DNA of 60,727 bases from the NCBI GenBank assembly GCA_016202305.1, contig JACQPB010000025.1, positions 1 through 60,727 on the forward strand. The letters are read 5' to 3'. Numbering within the stretch: the first letter of the stretch is position 1; each line of letters begins with the position of its first letter. Origin of the DNA: Candidatus Iainarchaeum sp. (GTDB lineage Archaea > Iainarchaeota > Iainarchaeia > Iainarchaeales > Iainarchaeaceae). Position numbers and translations under genes: made by a program. A model generated the notes under the pieces. The model made no database searches. It was not told where the DNA came from and worked only from the letters and a program-made list of their open reading frames with translations. Shown piece by piece: positions 24,440 through 34,817 of the stretch.

Positions 24440-26770
24440 ATGAAATTCAAGAGCGTTGCTGTTTTATTCGTAATCCAGTTCTTATTCGTGAGTTTCGCCT
24501 ATTCCGTGGAGGAGCCGCAAGGTCGCATTCCCGTGAATTCCGGCCAGCAGGTCCAGGTGGGCCAGCAGCCGCGGGGCAATTTCGGGCCTCAGCAGGCTGC
24601 TGGGAATGGCATCGGCAGGCAGCAGGGTTCCGGCGGTTTCGACAATGGGTTTGATTTCGGACTGCCCGAATCGAGTTTTGCCGACCCGGAATATGTTGGC
24701 CAGGAGAAAATGGTCGAGAACCTGACTGCCGCTTATGACAAGATGTTCGAATGGGTTTCAGGAGACACTGCGCGCTTTTCCGAGTCGTGCAAAAACGACA
24801 GGCCTGCTCTCGTGACCGAGCTTGTCGGCGCCATACAGGCCGCACAGGAAACTTCAGCTGTATGCGAGCGCCTCGAGGCGGAGGCTTCCTCTTGCAACGC
24901 AGAAACTTTTTGCTCCGGGTTCAGCTCCGGAAAAATCCCTTTTCCGCCTGATATGAGGATTGCGATGAAGGATGCAGGATTCGACCCTGACAAGATGACG
25001 CTCGCGGATTTCACGCAGGACACTGTCGTAAGGATTTGCCTCGCGCAGGCGCTCCCTGAGATAAAAAAATTCCAGGAAAAGAAGGAGAAGGCGAAGGCGA
25101 GCATTCGGGCCCAGCTTTCCGGCTTCAGGGCGCAGTGCGAAAAGCTGAAGGAGTTCCAGGAAAGCGGCGAGGAGTTCGGCTTCAGGCTGCCTGAAATTCA
25201 CGTGCCGGATGCGAGGGAGTTCGAGCAGCGCGGCCCGCCGCAGCAGGGACAGGGGCCGCAGGGAGGTCAGCCTTACAGGGATGAATGCTCTTCACCACCG
25301 CCTCAATGCCAGGGAGGCGCGCCTTCCTCGTGCGTGACCGGGAGATGGGAATGCGGCAGGGCCATTCCGCCGGAAGCTTACAACAGGCCGCCTGAGGGCT
25401 CAGGCCAGCCGGGGCAGGGGCGCATAGATTCACCGCAGGATAAGCCGTTTGGAGAGCCGAAGCCCGGAGAGCAGAGGCCACCTGAGCAGCAAGGAACTCC
25501 TGGCACTTCAACGCCTGACTCGGCTCCTCCGCCAACCACGCAGCCTGAGCAGCCAGCCGCTCCGCCAGCCACTGCGCCTCCGCAAGAGGCACCTCCTGCA
25601 TCAGCGCCGCCGGCAGGGGATTCGGGGACAACTGTGCAGACCGCCGCGGACTGGGGCGATAGCAGAAGCGTACTTTACTTTGAAGAGCCTCAGGCTCCGC
25701 CGCCAGCCAATCCTGGAAGCGCCCCGCCTGTAGGCCAGGTAGCTCCTCAAGAAAGGCAGCCTTACCAGCAGCCGCAGGGTTATCAGGGAGGAGGCCCGGG
25801 ATTCGGGTTCGGGCAGCCACAAGGGCCGCCTCCGCAACAAGGGGGGTATGGCCCCCCGCAAACAGGCTTCGGTATAGACCCTTCACAATATTACGGGGGC
25901 GGGCCGCAGCAGGGAGGCATTCCCGGAAATTATGGGCCTTCTGGGCAGGGTGTAGTTGTTCAAAATAATTATGGTCAGGGTCAGCCAGGCTTTGGTCCTC
26001 AAGGCCAGGGCAATTATGGGCAGGGCCAGGGAGGCCAGCCCGGCTTCGGAGGCCCGGCAGGTCCAGGCGGTCCAGGGGGCTATGGCCCCGGCGGTCCCGG
26101 TGGGCCAGGAGGTCCCGGTGGCCCGGGTTTGTCCCCTGAAAGGCTGTGCGAACTTTCCGATGACGAGATAATCGAGAATTACACGGAGCAGTTCAACTAT
26201 GGCGGCCCGAGCGAAGAGCAGATGCAGCAGATGTGCAAGAGCGAATCCTCGAAGATTCTCGGGCAGTTGGGCAAGTACAGGTTTGAGATATCAAAATGCA
26301 AGGTAGAGGTCGCCCTCAAGTGCGCGGGGGAGCAGGAAGCGGTGAAGAACTGCAGGTCGCTGCAGGAGAACCCGCAGAAAATCGCGGAGCAGCTGGTCAA
26401 CAACGCGTGCAGGCGCTTCGCACCACAGAAGGCATCCGGCCTGAACAGCAAGCTCTACGAGGTCGCGGACAAGTTCTACGATGTTGACCCTGCGTTTGCG
26501 TACCAGCTCGGTGACATAGGCGACAAGACGAAGGAGGACAAGGAAGGTCTGAGCATCGTGTCATATGTGTTCGGCGACGGCGATTACGGCGCGAAGCTCT
26601 CGGAGCGTGCGGCCAAGCTCCGCGAGGTGAAGGACAGGCTTGTCGCAAGCGGAGTGAATGATGCGGAAACAATCTCGGCGCTTGAAACGCAGATAAAGCA
26701 GTTCGAGGACGAAGGCGGCAGGTTCAGCAACTTATTCGACATATCGCGGATTGGCGGGCTGTTCGGCTAG
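24440..26770 (+). CDS. Secreted protein with long Pro/Gly/Gln low-complexity core
   Basis: Signal 'MKFKSVAVLFVIQFLFVSFAYS'. The central ~300 aa are PQG-rich ('GPGGPGGYGPGGPGGPGGPGGPG'), flanked by structured Cys-containing domains. Confidence 0.6.
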   Translation: MKFKSVAVLFVIQFLFVSFAYSVEEPQGRIPVNSGQQVQVGQQPRGNFGPQQAAGNGIGRQQGSGGFDNGFDFGLPESSFADPEYVGQEKMVENLTAAYDKMFEWVSGDTARFSESCKNDRPALVTELVGAIQAAQETSAVCERLEAEASSCNAETFCSGFSSGKIPFPPDMRIAMKDAGFDPDKMTLADFTQDTVVRICLAQALPEIKKFQEKKEKAKASIRAQLSGFRAQCEKLKEFQESGEEFGFRLPEIHVPDAREFEQRGPPQQGQGPQGGQPYRDECSSPPPQCQGGAPSSCVTGRWECGRAIPPEAYNRPPEGSGQPGQGRIDSPQDKPFGEPKPGEQRPPEQQGTPGTSTPDSAPPPTTQPEQPAAPPATAPPQEAPPASAPPAGDSGTTVQTAADWGDSRSVLYFEEPQAPPPANPGSAPPVGQVAPQERQPYQQPQGYQGGGPGFGFGQPQGPPPQQGGYGPPQTGFGIDPSQYYGGGPQQGGIPGNYGPSGQGVVVQNNYGQGQPGFGPQGQGNYGQGQGGQPGFGGPAGPGGPGGYGPGGPGGPGGPGGPGLSPERLCELSDDEIIENYTEQFNYGGPSEEQMQQMCKSESSKILGQLGKYRFEISKCKVEVALKCAGEQEAVKNCRSLQENPQKIAEQLVNNACRRFAPQKASGLNSKLYEVADKFYDVDPAFAYQLGDIGDKTKEDKEGLSIVSYVFGDGDYGAKLSERAAKLREVKDRLVASGVNDAETISALETQIKQFEDEGGRFSNLFDISRIGGLFG

Positions 26771-26830
26771 CTTTGGCCGACAGATTATGAGGTCACGAGG
26801 GATTTAGCCAGCACCGCCGCGCGGTCTTCT

Positions 26831-27487
26831 TCACGCCCTGAAGTCCAGCAGGGCGAGAGCCTTCTGCGCGTCCTTCCCGTCTATGAGGAATATGGTGTCC
26901 GTCCATGAGCTTGCGCACTCGTATATGTTGATGCCGCTCTCGGACAGCATGGACGTGAGGAAGCTCAGAAAGCCCGGCGTTTCCTCTATTTTTTCCGAAG
27001 TCTTGTGGGTTATCTGGAGCAGGCCTTTGCGCGCGCGCACTATGTGGCCCGCAAAGCTCTGCTCTATTTCATCGGCGAAGTCGTCATCGAGCACCACAGT
27101 TATGGTTTTCGTGCCCTGTATGAGGTGGAAGTTGTCGCTCTCGGTCTTGGCCTTCTTCGCGATGCTGAGCAGCCTGTCGAGCATGGCCGTGTCATCTGAA
27201 AGGATGAACGCGGAAACGCGGTTGCGCATCTCGAACTTCCCGCTCTTCACGAGCCTCACGATTTTCGAGTCTGTTTCAGGTGCGGGTTTCGATTTTTCCG
27301 AAAAGCGCCGGCACGCCACCATTATCGCGTCCGATGCGGAACCGCTGAGCCTCAGCTCGGAGGCTATCTTTCTCGCTAGAGCCGAATAGTTAATCAGGCC
27401 CGCCTTCAGGCACTGTTTTATGCTTGGCCTGTTCTCAAGGTATTCGAACACGAGCTTTGCAGTATTCATTGCAGTATTGTGCTCCAA
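26831..27487 (-). CDS. ACT-domain regulator-like protein (N-terminal HTH-like + C-terminal ACT)
   Basis: 218 aa. C-terminal 'PGFLSFLTSMLSESGINIYECASSWTDTIFLIDGKDAQKA' looks like an ACT fold. Divergent from the arg operon. Confidence 0.45.
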   Translation of the reverse strand: MEHNTAMNTAKLVFEYLENRPSIKQCLKAGLINYSALARKIASELRLSGSASDAIMVACRRFSEKSKPAPETDSKIVRLVKSGKFEMRNRVSAFILSDDTAMLDRLLSIAKKAKTESDNFHLIQGTKTITVVLDDDFADEIEQSFAGHIVRARKGLLQITHKTSEKIEETPGFLSFLTSMLSESGINIYECASSWTDTIFLIDGKDAQKALALLDFRA

Positions 27488-27591
27488 AAAGGTTAAAAAT
27501 GTTTAATTTTGGACATTATTTGTCAAATTGGCCTTTTTTGGGACGCCGGTTATAAGTAGGCCGGGCGCGGCATTATGATAAAGGTGTTCTT

Positions 27592-28812
27592 TTGGGGGAA
27601 AAAGTCGTTCTTGCGTACAGCGGCGGCCTTGACACTTCGGTGATTCTCAAGTGGCTGTGCAGCAGCGGCCATGATGTCACTGCTTACATCGCCGACGTTG
27701 GCCAGGCGCAGGACTTTTCCGCGGCGCGGGAAAAGGCTCTCGCAATAGGCGCATCGAGCGTCTTTGTAGACGACCTGAAAGAGGAGTTCGTGGGCAATTA
27801 CGTTTTCAAGGCGCTCAAGGCCAACTGCATGTATGAGGGCAGCTACCTTCTCGGAACCTCGCTCGCGAGGCCCGTGATAGCCAAGGGCCAGGTGGAGTTC
27901 GCCAGGAAGGAGGGCGCAAATGTGCTCGCACATGGCGCAACGGGGAAAGGCAATGACCAGGTGAGGTTCGAGCTGGCCTATCTCTCCCTCATGCCTGGCG
28001 CGGAAATCATCAGCCCATGGAAGGATGCAAAGTTCCTCGAGGCGTTCAATGGGAGAAGTGACATGATAAAGTATGCCGAAAAGCACGGCATCCCGGTGCA
28101 GGCCACTGTGCAGAAGCCATACAGCACGGATGAGAACCTGATGCACACGAGTTACGAGTCCGGCATTCTTGAGGATGCGGGCGCGGCCCCTGGCAATGAC
28201 ATGTTCGTGAAGACCGCGAGCCCGCAGAAGGCGCCCGACAAGGAGGAAAAAATATCAGTGGAGTTCAAGACCGGCATCCCTGTCAAGGCCGCGAACCTTG
28301 GCAGCGGTTCGCTGGCGCAGGGCGGGGTGCAGATAATGGAATTCCTCAACAGCCTCGGCGGCGCGTGCGGAATAGGCCGCGTAGACATGGTCGAGAACAG
28401 GTTCGTCGGGATAAAATCCAGGGGTGTATACGAGTCCCCCGGCGCGGCAATACTGTGGAAGGCCCACCGCGACATCGAGGGCCTCACGCTCGACCGCGAG
28501 GTTTCGCACTTGAAAGACACGCTCATGCCGAAAATCTCGGAGCTCATTTACAACGGCTTCTGGTTCTCGCCTGAAATGGATTTCCTGATGTCGGCAGTGG
28601 AGCAGAGCCAGAAACACGTTACCGGAGAAGTTTTCATGACGCTGTACAAGGGCAACGCAATCGTCACCGGCAGGAAGTCGAAGGAGGCGCTTTACAGCCC
28701 CCTGCTTTCATCCATGGACTCTCACGGCGGGTTCAACCAGCAGGATTCGAAGGGATTCATAAGGGTGAACGCCGTTCGCCTCCAGGCATCTGCGAAGAGG
28801 GACTTGCAATGA
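27592..28812 (+). CDS. argG: Argininosuccinate synthase
   Basis: '[12 protein letters not shown]', '[15 protein letters not shown]' and '[12 protein letters not shown]' motifs. TTG start. Confidence 0.93.
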   Translation: MGEKVVLAYSGGLDTSVILKWLCSSGHDVTAYIADVGQAQDFSAAREKALAIGASSVFVDDLKEEFVGNYVFKALKANCMYEGSYLLGTSLARPVIAKGQVEFARKEGANVLAHGATGKGNDQVRFELAYLSLMPGAEIISPWKDAKFLEAFNGRSDMIKYAEKHGIPVQATVQKPYSTDENLMHTSYESGILEDAGAAPGNDMFVKTASPQKAPDKEEKISVEFKTGIPVKAANLGSGSLAQGGVQIMEFLNSLGGACGIGRVDMVENRFVGIKSRGVYESPGAAILWKAHRDIEGLTLDREVSHLKDTLMPKISELIYNGFWFSPEMDFLMSAVEQSQKHVTGEVFMTLYKGNAIVTGRKSKEALYSPLLSSMDSHGGFNQQDSKGFIRVNAVRLQASAKRDLQ

Positions 28813-29726
28813 ACCACCTGCTTTCGCTCGAGGGTTTCACTCCGGGCAAAATCAGCAGCCTCATTCGCCTTGGCAAGGCCATGAAGAAGGCTCCGCTGGG
28901 TCACTCCTCGAAACTGCGGGGCAAAACCCTGCTGTCGATATTCGAGAAGCCGTCTTTCCGCACGAGGATTTCCTTCGAGCTCGCAATGCTCCAGCTCGGC
29001 GGCCATGCAATCACGATAGACTCGCAGGCGACGCCCATGTGCGGGAAGGAGTCGATAGAGGACACCGCAAAGGTCGCGGGAAGGTACGTGGATGTGATCA
29101 TGGCGCGGCTCTACAGCCACGAAAAGCTCACAAAACTCGCCCAAAATTCCCAAGTTCCCGTTATAAACGGCCTCACTGACAAGTACCATCCGTGCCAGGT
29201 GCTCTCGGATTTGCTGACAATAACCGAGAAAAAGGGGAAGCTGAAGGGCCTCAAGCTCGCTTACTTCGGGGACGCTGACAACAACGTCACCCACTGCCTC
29301 ATTCTAGGCTGCGCCCTCATGGGGATTGACATTTCAGTGGCGTGCCCGGCAGGGCACGAGCCGCAGCCCGGAGTTATGGAAATGGCAAAGGACGCTTCAG
29401 CCGGCTCAAAAACGGAGGTAATGCGCGATGCCGCCGCGGCCGCGAAAGGCGCCGACATCATTTACACGGACAGCTGGATGAGCTACCACGTATCCGAAAG
29501 CGAGAAAGAGGCAAGGATAAAAGCGTTTGCCCCTTACCGGGTTACTGCAGGGGTTCTCGGCCTCGCCAAGAAGGACGCGATATTCATGAACTGCCTTCCC
29601 GCACAAAGAGGCATGGAGCAGACGGCGGAAGTCATTGACGGGCCGCAAAGCGTCGTCTTTGACCAGGCGGAGAACAGATTGCACATGCAGAAGGCGATAT
29701 TATTGTACGCGATGGGGTTGGCATGA
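28809..29726 (+). CDS. argF: Ornithine carbamoyltransferase
   Basis: '[13 protein letters not shown]' (SxRTR) and 'HPCQVLSDL'. 4-nt overlap with argG. Confidence 0.85.
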   Translation: MNHLLSLEGFTPGKISSLIRLGKAMKKAPLGHSSKLRGKTLLSIFEKPSFRTRISFELAMLQLGGHAITIDSQATPMCGKESIEDTAKVAGRYVDVIMARLYSHEKLTKLAQNSQVPVINGLTDKYHPCQVLSDLLTITEKKGKLKGLKLAYFGDADNNVTHCLILGCALMGIDISVACPAGHEPQPGVMEMAKDASAGSKTEVMRDAAAAAKGADIIYTDSWMSYHVSESEKEARIKAFAPYRVTAGVLGLAKKDAIFMNCLPAQRGMEQTAEVIDGPQSVVFDQAENRLHMQKAILLYAMGLA

Positions 29727-30919
29727 AGAATAAGCTGTTGTGGCGAACGACCGCTGCAGGCGGCGCCCCGGACAGCGATGTCGCGGAATTCACCGTGGGA
29801 AACGATTATCTCTGCGACAGTCGCCTCGTGCAGTATGACTGCAGGGCATCCATTGCGCACGCAAAGCTGCTCCTCAAAATGGGAATAATCACCAAGAAGG
29901 AGCACGCAAAGCTGGTTTCGGCACTGAAGAAAATAATCCTGCTCCACAAGCAAGGGAAATTTGCAGTGAAGCGGGGCGATGAGGACGTGCACACGAAGAT
30001 AGAGAATTTCCTCGTGAAAGGCCTAGGCAAAACAGGGAGGAAAATCCACACTTTCCGCTCGCGCAACGACCAGGTGCTTGTCGCGCTCAGGCTCTACTGC
30101 AGGGCCAATCTCATTGAAGCGAAAGCCAGCATTGCGGGGCTTTCTTCCGCCCTTTCATCGCTCGCGAAAAAGACGAAAGGCGTGAAGATGCCGGGCTATA
30201 CGCACATGCAGCGCGCCATGCCATCGAGCGTTCAGCTATGGGCCGGCTCATTCATGGAATCCCTTTCACAGGACCTGCTGGCCATAGACTTCGCTCTCCG
30301 GGTGAACGACGAGAACCCGCTGGGAAGCGCCGCAGGATACGGGCTGCCGTTCAGGATAGACAAGGGCGTTACGACCAAGGAGCTCGGGTTCTCGCGGCAC
30401 TTCAAAAATCCGCTCTATGTGCAGAACACGCGCGCAAAAACCGAGCTTGTTTCCGTGTTCGCGCTGCTGCAGGCCATGATGACGCTCAACAAGCTCGCGA
30501 GCGACCTCATGCTCTTCACCACGAAGGAATTCGGGTTCTTCTCGCTTCCCGAAAGCATGTGCACCGGAAGCAGCATAATGCCGCAGAAGAAGAACTATGA
30601 CGTGCTTGAGATAATGCGCGGCAACCTCGGCACGGTTTCCGGGAACTTCGCGTCAATCCTCACGAACTCCGCGAACCTGCCATCCGGCTACAACCGCGAT
30701 GCCCAGCTGAACAAGGCGAAGCTGATGGAAAGCTTCGACGTCACGCTGTCCTCCCTGAAAATGGCCTCCAAAGTCGTGAAGAACCTCAAGGTGAACAAGG
30801 AAAACCTCGAAAGCGCCGCATCCGCGGAACTCTACGCGGCCGAAGAGGCCATGAAAATGGCCATGAAAGGCACGCCATTCAGGGAAGCTTACATGAAGGT
30901 TTCCGGGAAATTCAGGTAA
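29723..30919 (+). CDS. argH: Argininosuccinate lyase (short, 398 aa)
   Basis: 'HTFRSRNDQVLVALRLY' and 'GSSIMPQKKNYDVLE' fumarate-lyase signatures. 4-nt overlap with argF. Confidence 0.88.
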   Translation: MKNKLLWRTTAAGGAPDSDVAEFTVGNDYLCDSRLVQYDCRASIAHAKLLLKMGIITKKEHAKLVSALKKIILLHKQGKFAVKRGDEDVHTKIENFLVKGLGKTGRKIHTFRSRNDQVLVALRLYCRANLIEAKASIAGLSSALSSLAKKTKGVKMPGYTHMQRAMPSSVQLWAGSFMESLSQDLLAIDFALRVNDENPLGSAAGYGLPFRIDKGVTTKELGFSRHFKNPLYVQNTRAKTELVSVFALLQAMMTLNKLASDLMLFTTKEFGFFSLPESMCTGSSIMPQKKNYDVLEIMRGNLGTVSGNFASILTNSANLPSGYNRDAQLNKAKLMESFDVTLSSLKMASKVVKNLKVNKENLESAASAELYAAEEAMKMAMKGTPFREAYMKVSGKFR

Positions 30920-30938
30920 GGGCAGGAAAACAAGAATA

Positions 30939-31008
30939 CGCGGGGAATGAGCGCAAACCCAAAGGTGCAAATCAGTAGTTGTCGTCTTGGTTTGAGATGT
31001 CAACTATT
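30939..31008. repeat. Repeat family B, copy 2 (decayed tRNA-Ser 3'-end-like segment + conserved stem-loop)
   Basis: Starts with cgcggggaatg, identical to the 3' end of tRNA-Ser(GGA) at 34818-34828. The preceding gaatac equals the 3' trailer of tRNA-Ser(CGA). Confidence 0.7.
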
Positions 31009-31326
31009 ATGCACTAACTTATTAATAATTTTATCGCGGCATCGTTGCCGATGCGGAATTTGAAAATAGTGTTGCATGAAATTAAAAGTAGTGCCGGAAA
31101 ATTTGTAAGCGGTTCACTTATTTGTGGCTCTTACTTCGAGCACTTCTTGTTCTAGTTGCCGGATTCGTGTTTGTAGCTGGTCTATTCTTTCGTCAAGGTA
31201 TGCGTAACTCTTCACTGGGCTGTTGGTGTTTATGCTTTTTTCTCCGAGGGCTCTCATTGCTTGTCAGCTCCTATTAGGCCCTGAAGCTCTTCGAACATGA
31301 ATACGAGTGTTTTCCCGTGTTTTTTC

Positions 31327-31581
31327 TCAAAGCTTTTCAGGCTGTTTTCTTGTAAGACCGTTTTCGGTTATTTTTTCCGGAACCCCGTAATTTTCCACCA
31401 ATGGAAATGTGAGGCATAAAATCTGCCCGGCATAGCTTGGGTCGGTAAAACTTTCGTTATACCATACCATCCATGTGTTAAATACTACTTCCCCTGAAGT
31501 GGAATGTGGGTAGCCAAAGGAAATCCCTTCGAAAACGCTTCCGTCCTCAAGAACCAGCCTTGCTTTCAGTTCGGATGCCAA
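31327..31581 (-). pseudogene. carA: carA relic: N-terminal 84 codons of the carbamoyl-phosphate synthase small subunit
   Basis: 'ARLVLEDGSVFEGISFG...SGEVVFNTWMVWYNESFTDPSYAGQILCLTFPLVENYGV' aligns to the CarA N-domain (E. coli 'ALLVLEDGTQFHGRAIG...[37 protein letters not shown]'). It stops after 84 aa, against ~380 aa in E. coli. Confidence 0.75.
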
Positions 31582-31883
31582 AACAAAACCCCCAATCTAG
31601 AGAAATGGGCAAAATTAATAAAGAAATAGGAACCATTTTCTTGCAAAGAAAAAAACTTGTCATCTAAAAAAAATTTATGTGCAAGAAAGTTTATAAGGTT
31701 TCGCAGCGGGCGGCGCCTTTTATTTCCGGAAACCCTTTTTCACGAAAGTGAAAAAACCGGCTTGCGGCCCTTGAGTTCATAGCAGTTTTCAGAATTGAGG
31801 TTTTTTCAAATTAATAAGTATTACACTGTGTTGGCTAGCACTTGCAGTACCAGCACAGAACCGTGCAGCGGAAGGGGCAGGCC

Positions 31884-33209
31884 TTATTCAAACTGCTTTT
31901 TGTAGGTTTCCATTGCCTCTTTGGCCTTTTTTTGCACCAAATCAAATTGCTCTGTCATTTGCCTGATGGCCTTTGCGGCCGCCTTCATCTGGGCAAGGTC
32001 TTTGCTTATAATGTAATGGTACGGGTTGGCGGTCGGGGGAAGGGTTGTGCGGGATACATGCTTCCCCCTAAAATCTGCACCTGCAATTTCTGGATCATAT
32101 TCGTCGACGGTTATTGAAACCAGCATGTTTGATGTTGTTTGTGAAATGCTCTCATCGCTAAGTATTTGGTGAAAAAATTCATCGTCCGGGAACCGGGGGG
32201 CATTTTCGTTTTCCGCCTGTTTGGCAATCCTGTCAGGCTTTTCGAAATTATATTCGAATTCGACCTGTCGTGACGATTCTATTGGAATACTGCCTGGGCC
32301 GAGGAAGTCAGTATCCGAAAATGTTATTTTCTTGAAATACACAATTATAATGTTTATTATCTCCTCCTTTGACGGGTTAACCTTGAACGCATCCCATTCC
32401 AGATTTGTGCGGTTTTGTTTGGTGAGATGGAAATAATCTACCGTTCCGCCGGCTTCACGCTCTTCGTGCCTTTGTGCAAATGTAAGAAGGGAATAGGCAG
32501 TATTGTATTTTGGCCAAAAGCTAAATTTGAAGCTGAGGAAAAAGTTTCCCATGATTTCCAATCCCAGTTCTTCTTGCTGCTCGTTTTCCATTCTTATGGA
32601 GTCGTCCGTTGCCCTGTCTATATTGCCTCCGTAATAATCATATCTTTTTTTCCTTTGTTTTAGGATAACATCTTCTGTGGACGGCCGTGTTTTATCATAT
32701 TCAGCGGCAATTTGGTTGAGGAGCCGTATTCTTTTCTGCGCACGTTTCATCTGGTCGCAGATGGCCTCGATATTGGACTTTATTTCCCATGCAAGGGACT
32801 TTTTGCTCGTGTAATTGTGTGAGCTTGTATATATCGTTGCATTTTTCTTTGTGTCATTAACAACTTCGGGGTATCTTTCAATGACCTCCTTGCTAAACCT
32901 TCCCGGGCCCAGTATCACATCTCCCTGAGCTATCTTTCCGTATGAATCAGCAAATTCACTCGGGTCCGGAACACCGGAAGGCAAATCAAGTTCCTTCATC
33001 TTTTTTTCAAGTGCCCCGACATCGCAATACGCGATAGCCTCAAGGTTATTGAATGTTCTGTACTCCCCATCTGAAGGGCCCGGGCTTTGGGAGGGGGAAT
33101 TTACAGGTATTTTTACCTGCCCCGAAGGGGTGTCAACCACTAAAAAATCCGCGGATGCGAATTGTGCAAAAATCAAGGGTATTACAAGCAAAAGCACGTG
33201 TATTATCAT
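31884..33209 (-). CDS. Secreted hypothetical protein
   Basis: 441 aa. Signal 'MIIHVLLLVIPLIFAQFASA'. AT-rich block. 4-nt overlap with the upstream lipoprotein gene. Confidence 0.5.
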   Translation of the reverse strand: MIIHVLLLVIPLIFAQFASADFLVVDTPSGQVKIPVNSPSQSPGPSDGEYRTFNNLEAIAYCDVGALEKKMKELDLPSGVPDPSEFADSYGKIAQGDVILGPGRFSKEVIERYPEVVNDTKKNATIYTSSHNYTSKKSLAWEIKSNIEAICDQMKRAQKRIRLLNQIAAEYDKTRPSTEDVILKQRKKRYDYYGGNIDRATDDSIRMENEQQEELGLEIMGNFFLSFKFSFWPKYNTAYSLLTFAQRHEEREAGGTVDYFHLTKQNRTNLEWDAFKVNPSKEEIINIIIVYFKKITFSDTDFLGPGSIPIESSRQVEFEYNFEKPDRIAKQAENENAPRFPDDEFFHQILSDESISQTTSNMLVSITVDEYDPEIAGADFRGKHVSRTTLPPTANPYHYIISKDLAQMKAAAKAIRQMTEQFDLVQKKAKEAMETYKKQFE

Positions 33210-33637
33210 ATGAAATCATTATCCTCTCTTTGGCCCTCACCGGTTACATATCCTGTTTCTGGAACAATTTTCGATTCGGAAGGCTCAACGCTTTCAATCC
33301 CTGGGCATTTTTCTTCGTCAAGAAGAGTGTTTATGAGACCGGTAGTTGTCGCGCCGGCAATGGAGTCTAGACAAGATTGGGAAATGCCCTCAGTACCCTG
33401 TGTGATGCCTTTGGAAGCGGAGGATCTTGTAATCCTTTGCGCAGTTTCTTCTTGGGCAGAAATATCAGCACCAATATTTGCTTCGGCCTGTTGACAGTCT
33501 TCAGAAGAGTTCTGTTCGGTTTCTCCGCTGGCCATGTCGCAGGTGCCATCCCTTGGCTGCCACTTTGGCTGCAGAGTTGCGCAACCGCTTAGCACCAGAA
33601 TAAGCACAAGAAAGAGGCTTAGGAATTTAAAGCTCAT
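33206..33637 (-). CDS. Small lipobox protein (hypothetical)
   Basis: 143 aa. 'LVLSGCATLQ' signal, acidic and Cys-containing. Confidence 0.45.
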   Translation of the reverse strand: MSFKFLSLFLVLILVLSGCATLQPKWQPRDGTCDMASGETEQNSSEDCQQAEANIGADISAQEETAQRITRSSASKGITQGTEGISQSCLDSIAGATTTGLINTLLDEEKCPGIESVEPSESKIVPETGYVTGEGQREDNDFI

Positions 33638-33731
33638 GCCAATAATACCAAAATTGAGGTATAAATACGTTTCTGTACGTGTTTAGCTCCGTAGGCAATG
33701 GAGTAGTTCTGTTTTTGGCCTGAGGTATGTT

Positions 33732-34187
33732 TCACTGAACCGGCTTTTTGCCTTTTGCTATTGTTTCTTTGACTCGCTCGATGAAGTTTGAGACTTCTTC
33801 GAAGATTTCGTTCAAATCTTCTTCAAGTTCGGACTGTTCGAGGGAGTATTGGATGTCGTTTCTTTTCGAGCGCAGCGAATCAAGAATAACGGATTGTTGC
33901 AGTGTTATGAGTTCCTGTAATTGGTATTTTTCCTCGATGTATTTGCAGACGCAGTAGTGGCTTCTTTCCTTCACTCCGTCCCTGAAAAGAAGCGCCCTCG
34001 CGGCGTGGAATGAGGCGTTGTAGAGGGCTATGAATGCCATGTCCTTCATGCTCGTTTTCAAAATCTCTTCAGCTTCGTCAAGAAAGTGCTCGGCCTGCTT
34101 TACGCTCTGCTCGGCATAATTCAAATTCGACTTTATCTTCTTGAGCAGGCCCTGCTCGAAGCACTCCTCAACCTTACTTTTGGTCAA
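33732..34187 (-). CDS. HEPN-domain protein (toxin half of an MNT/HEPN pair)
   Basis: 151 aa all-helical, with 'YNASFHAARALLFRDGVKERSH'. 4-nt overlap with the upstream MNT gene. Confidence 0.6.
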   Translation of the reverse strand: MTKSKVEECFEQGLLKKIKSNLNYAEQSVKQAEHFLDEAEEILKTSMKDMAFIALYNASFHAARALLFRDGVKERSHYCVCKYIEEKYQLQELITLQQSVILDSLRSKRNDIQYSLEQSELEEDLNEIFEEVSNFIERVKETIAKGKKPVQ

Positions 34188-34759
34188 AAGCCCTCACCGT
34201 GCAGTATTTTTGACTTGTTCTCAAGCTCGTTGTAGAAAATCCTGTCCTTTTGCTTGAGGTTTTGGATGTCTTGTGGTGTAAAAAACTTCAGGCTAACTTC
34301 TCTGCCTATTTCTTTGGAGAATTCCTGCCTCAATTTCCCGGCCTCAACGATGCGTTTTTTGCTGTCGGAAACAATCCACAGGTCAATGTCGCTTTGCTTG
34401 TCAACCGTGCCATCAACTGCACTCCCATAAAGCCCGATGGAGTCGGAGGCTTTCTTCAGGGACAAAAAGGCTCTGGAGCCGAGAATCTTATTAGTGTAGA
34501 TTAGGGTAATTATTTCCTTTACCAGCGGGTTTGACTTGTTCAATGCTATGATTTTGCGGTTGTCGTTCTTTTCAACCGTAATAAGCTTGTTTTTAGAGTA
34601 AATGTCTACAAACTGGGTGATTTTTGCAGGGGAGCACATGGTCTTTTTCGCCAGCCCGCGTACGGAGGCATTCTCAGTAATAAGCAGTTCGAAAATCTGC
34701 AGGTTGAATGGCCCCAGAAGCCTTGAAAGTTCTGCCATACAAAACAATTGCATGTTCAC
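34184..34759 (-). CDS. Minimal nucleotidyltransferase (MNT) with N-terminal wHTH
   Basis: 191 aa with 'IGLYGSAVDGTVDKQSDIDLWIVSD' (GS...DxD). Confidence 0.7.
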   Translation of the reverse strand: MNMQLFCMAELSRLLGPFNLQIFELLITENASVRGLAKKTMCSPAKITQFVDIYSKNKLITVEKNDNRKIIALNKSNPLVKEIITLIYTNKILGSRAFLSLKKASDSIGLYGSAVDGTVDKQSDIDLWIVSDSKKRIVEAGKLRQEFSKEIGREVSLKFFTPQDIQNLKQKDRIFYNELENKSKILHGEGF

Positions 34760-34817
34760 AATTTATAAACATAGTGTTCACAAAAAATGAACAAAATGTT
34801 CACTAAAAGTAAACATT

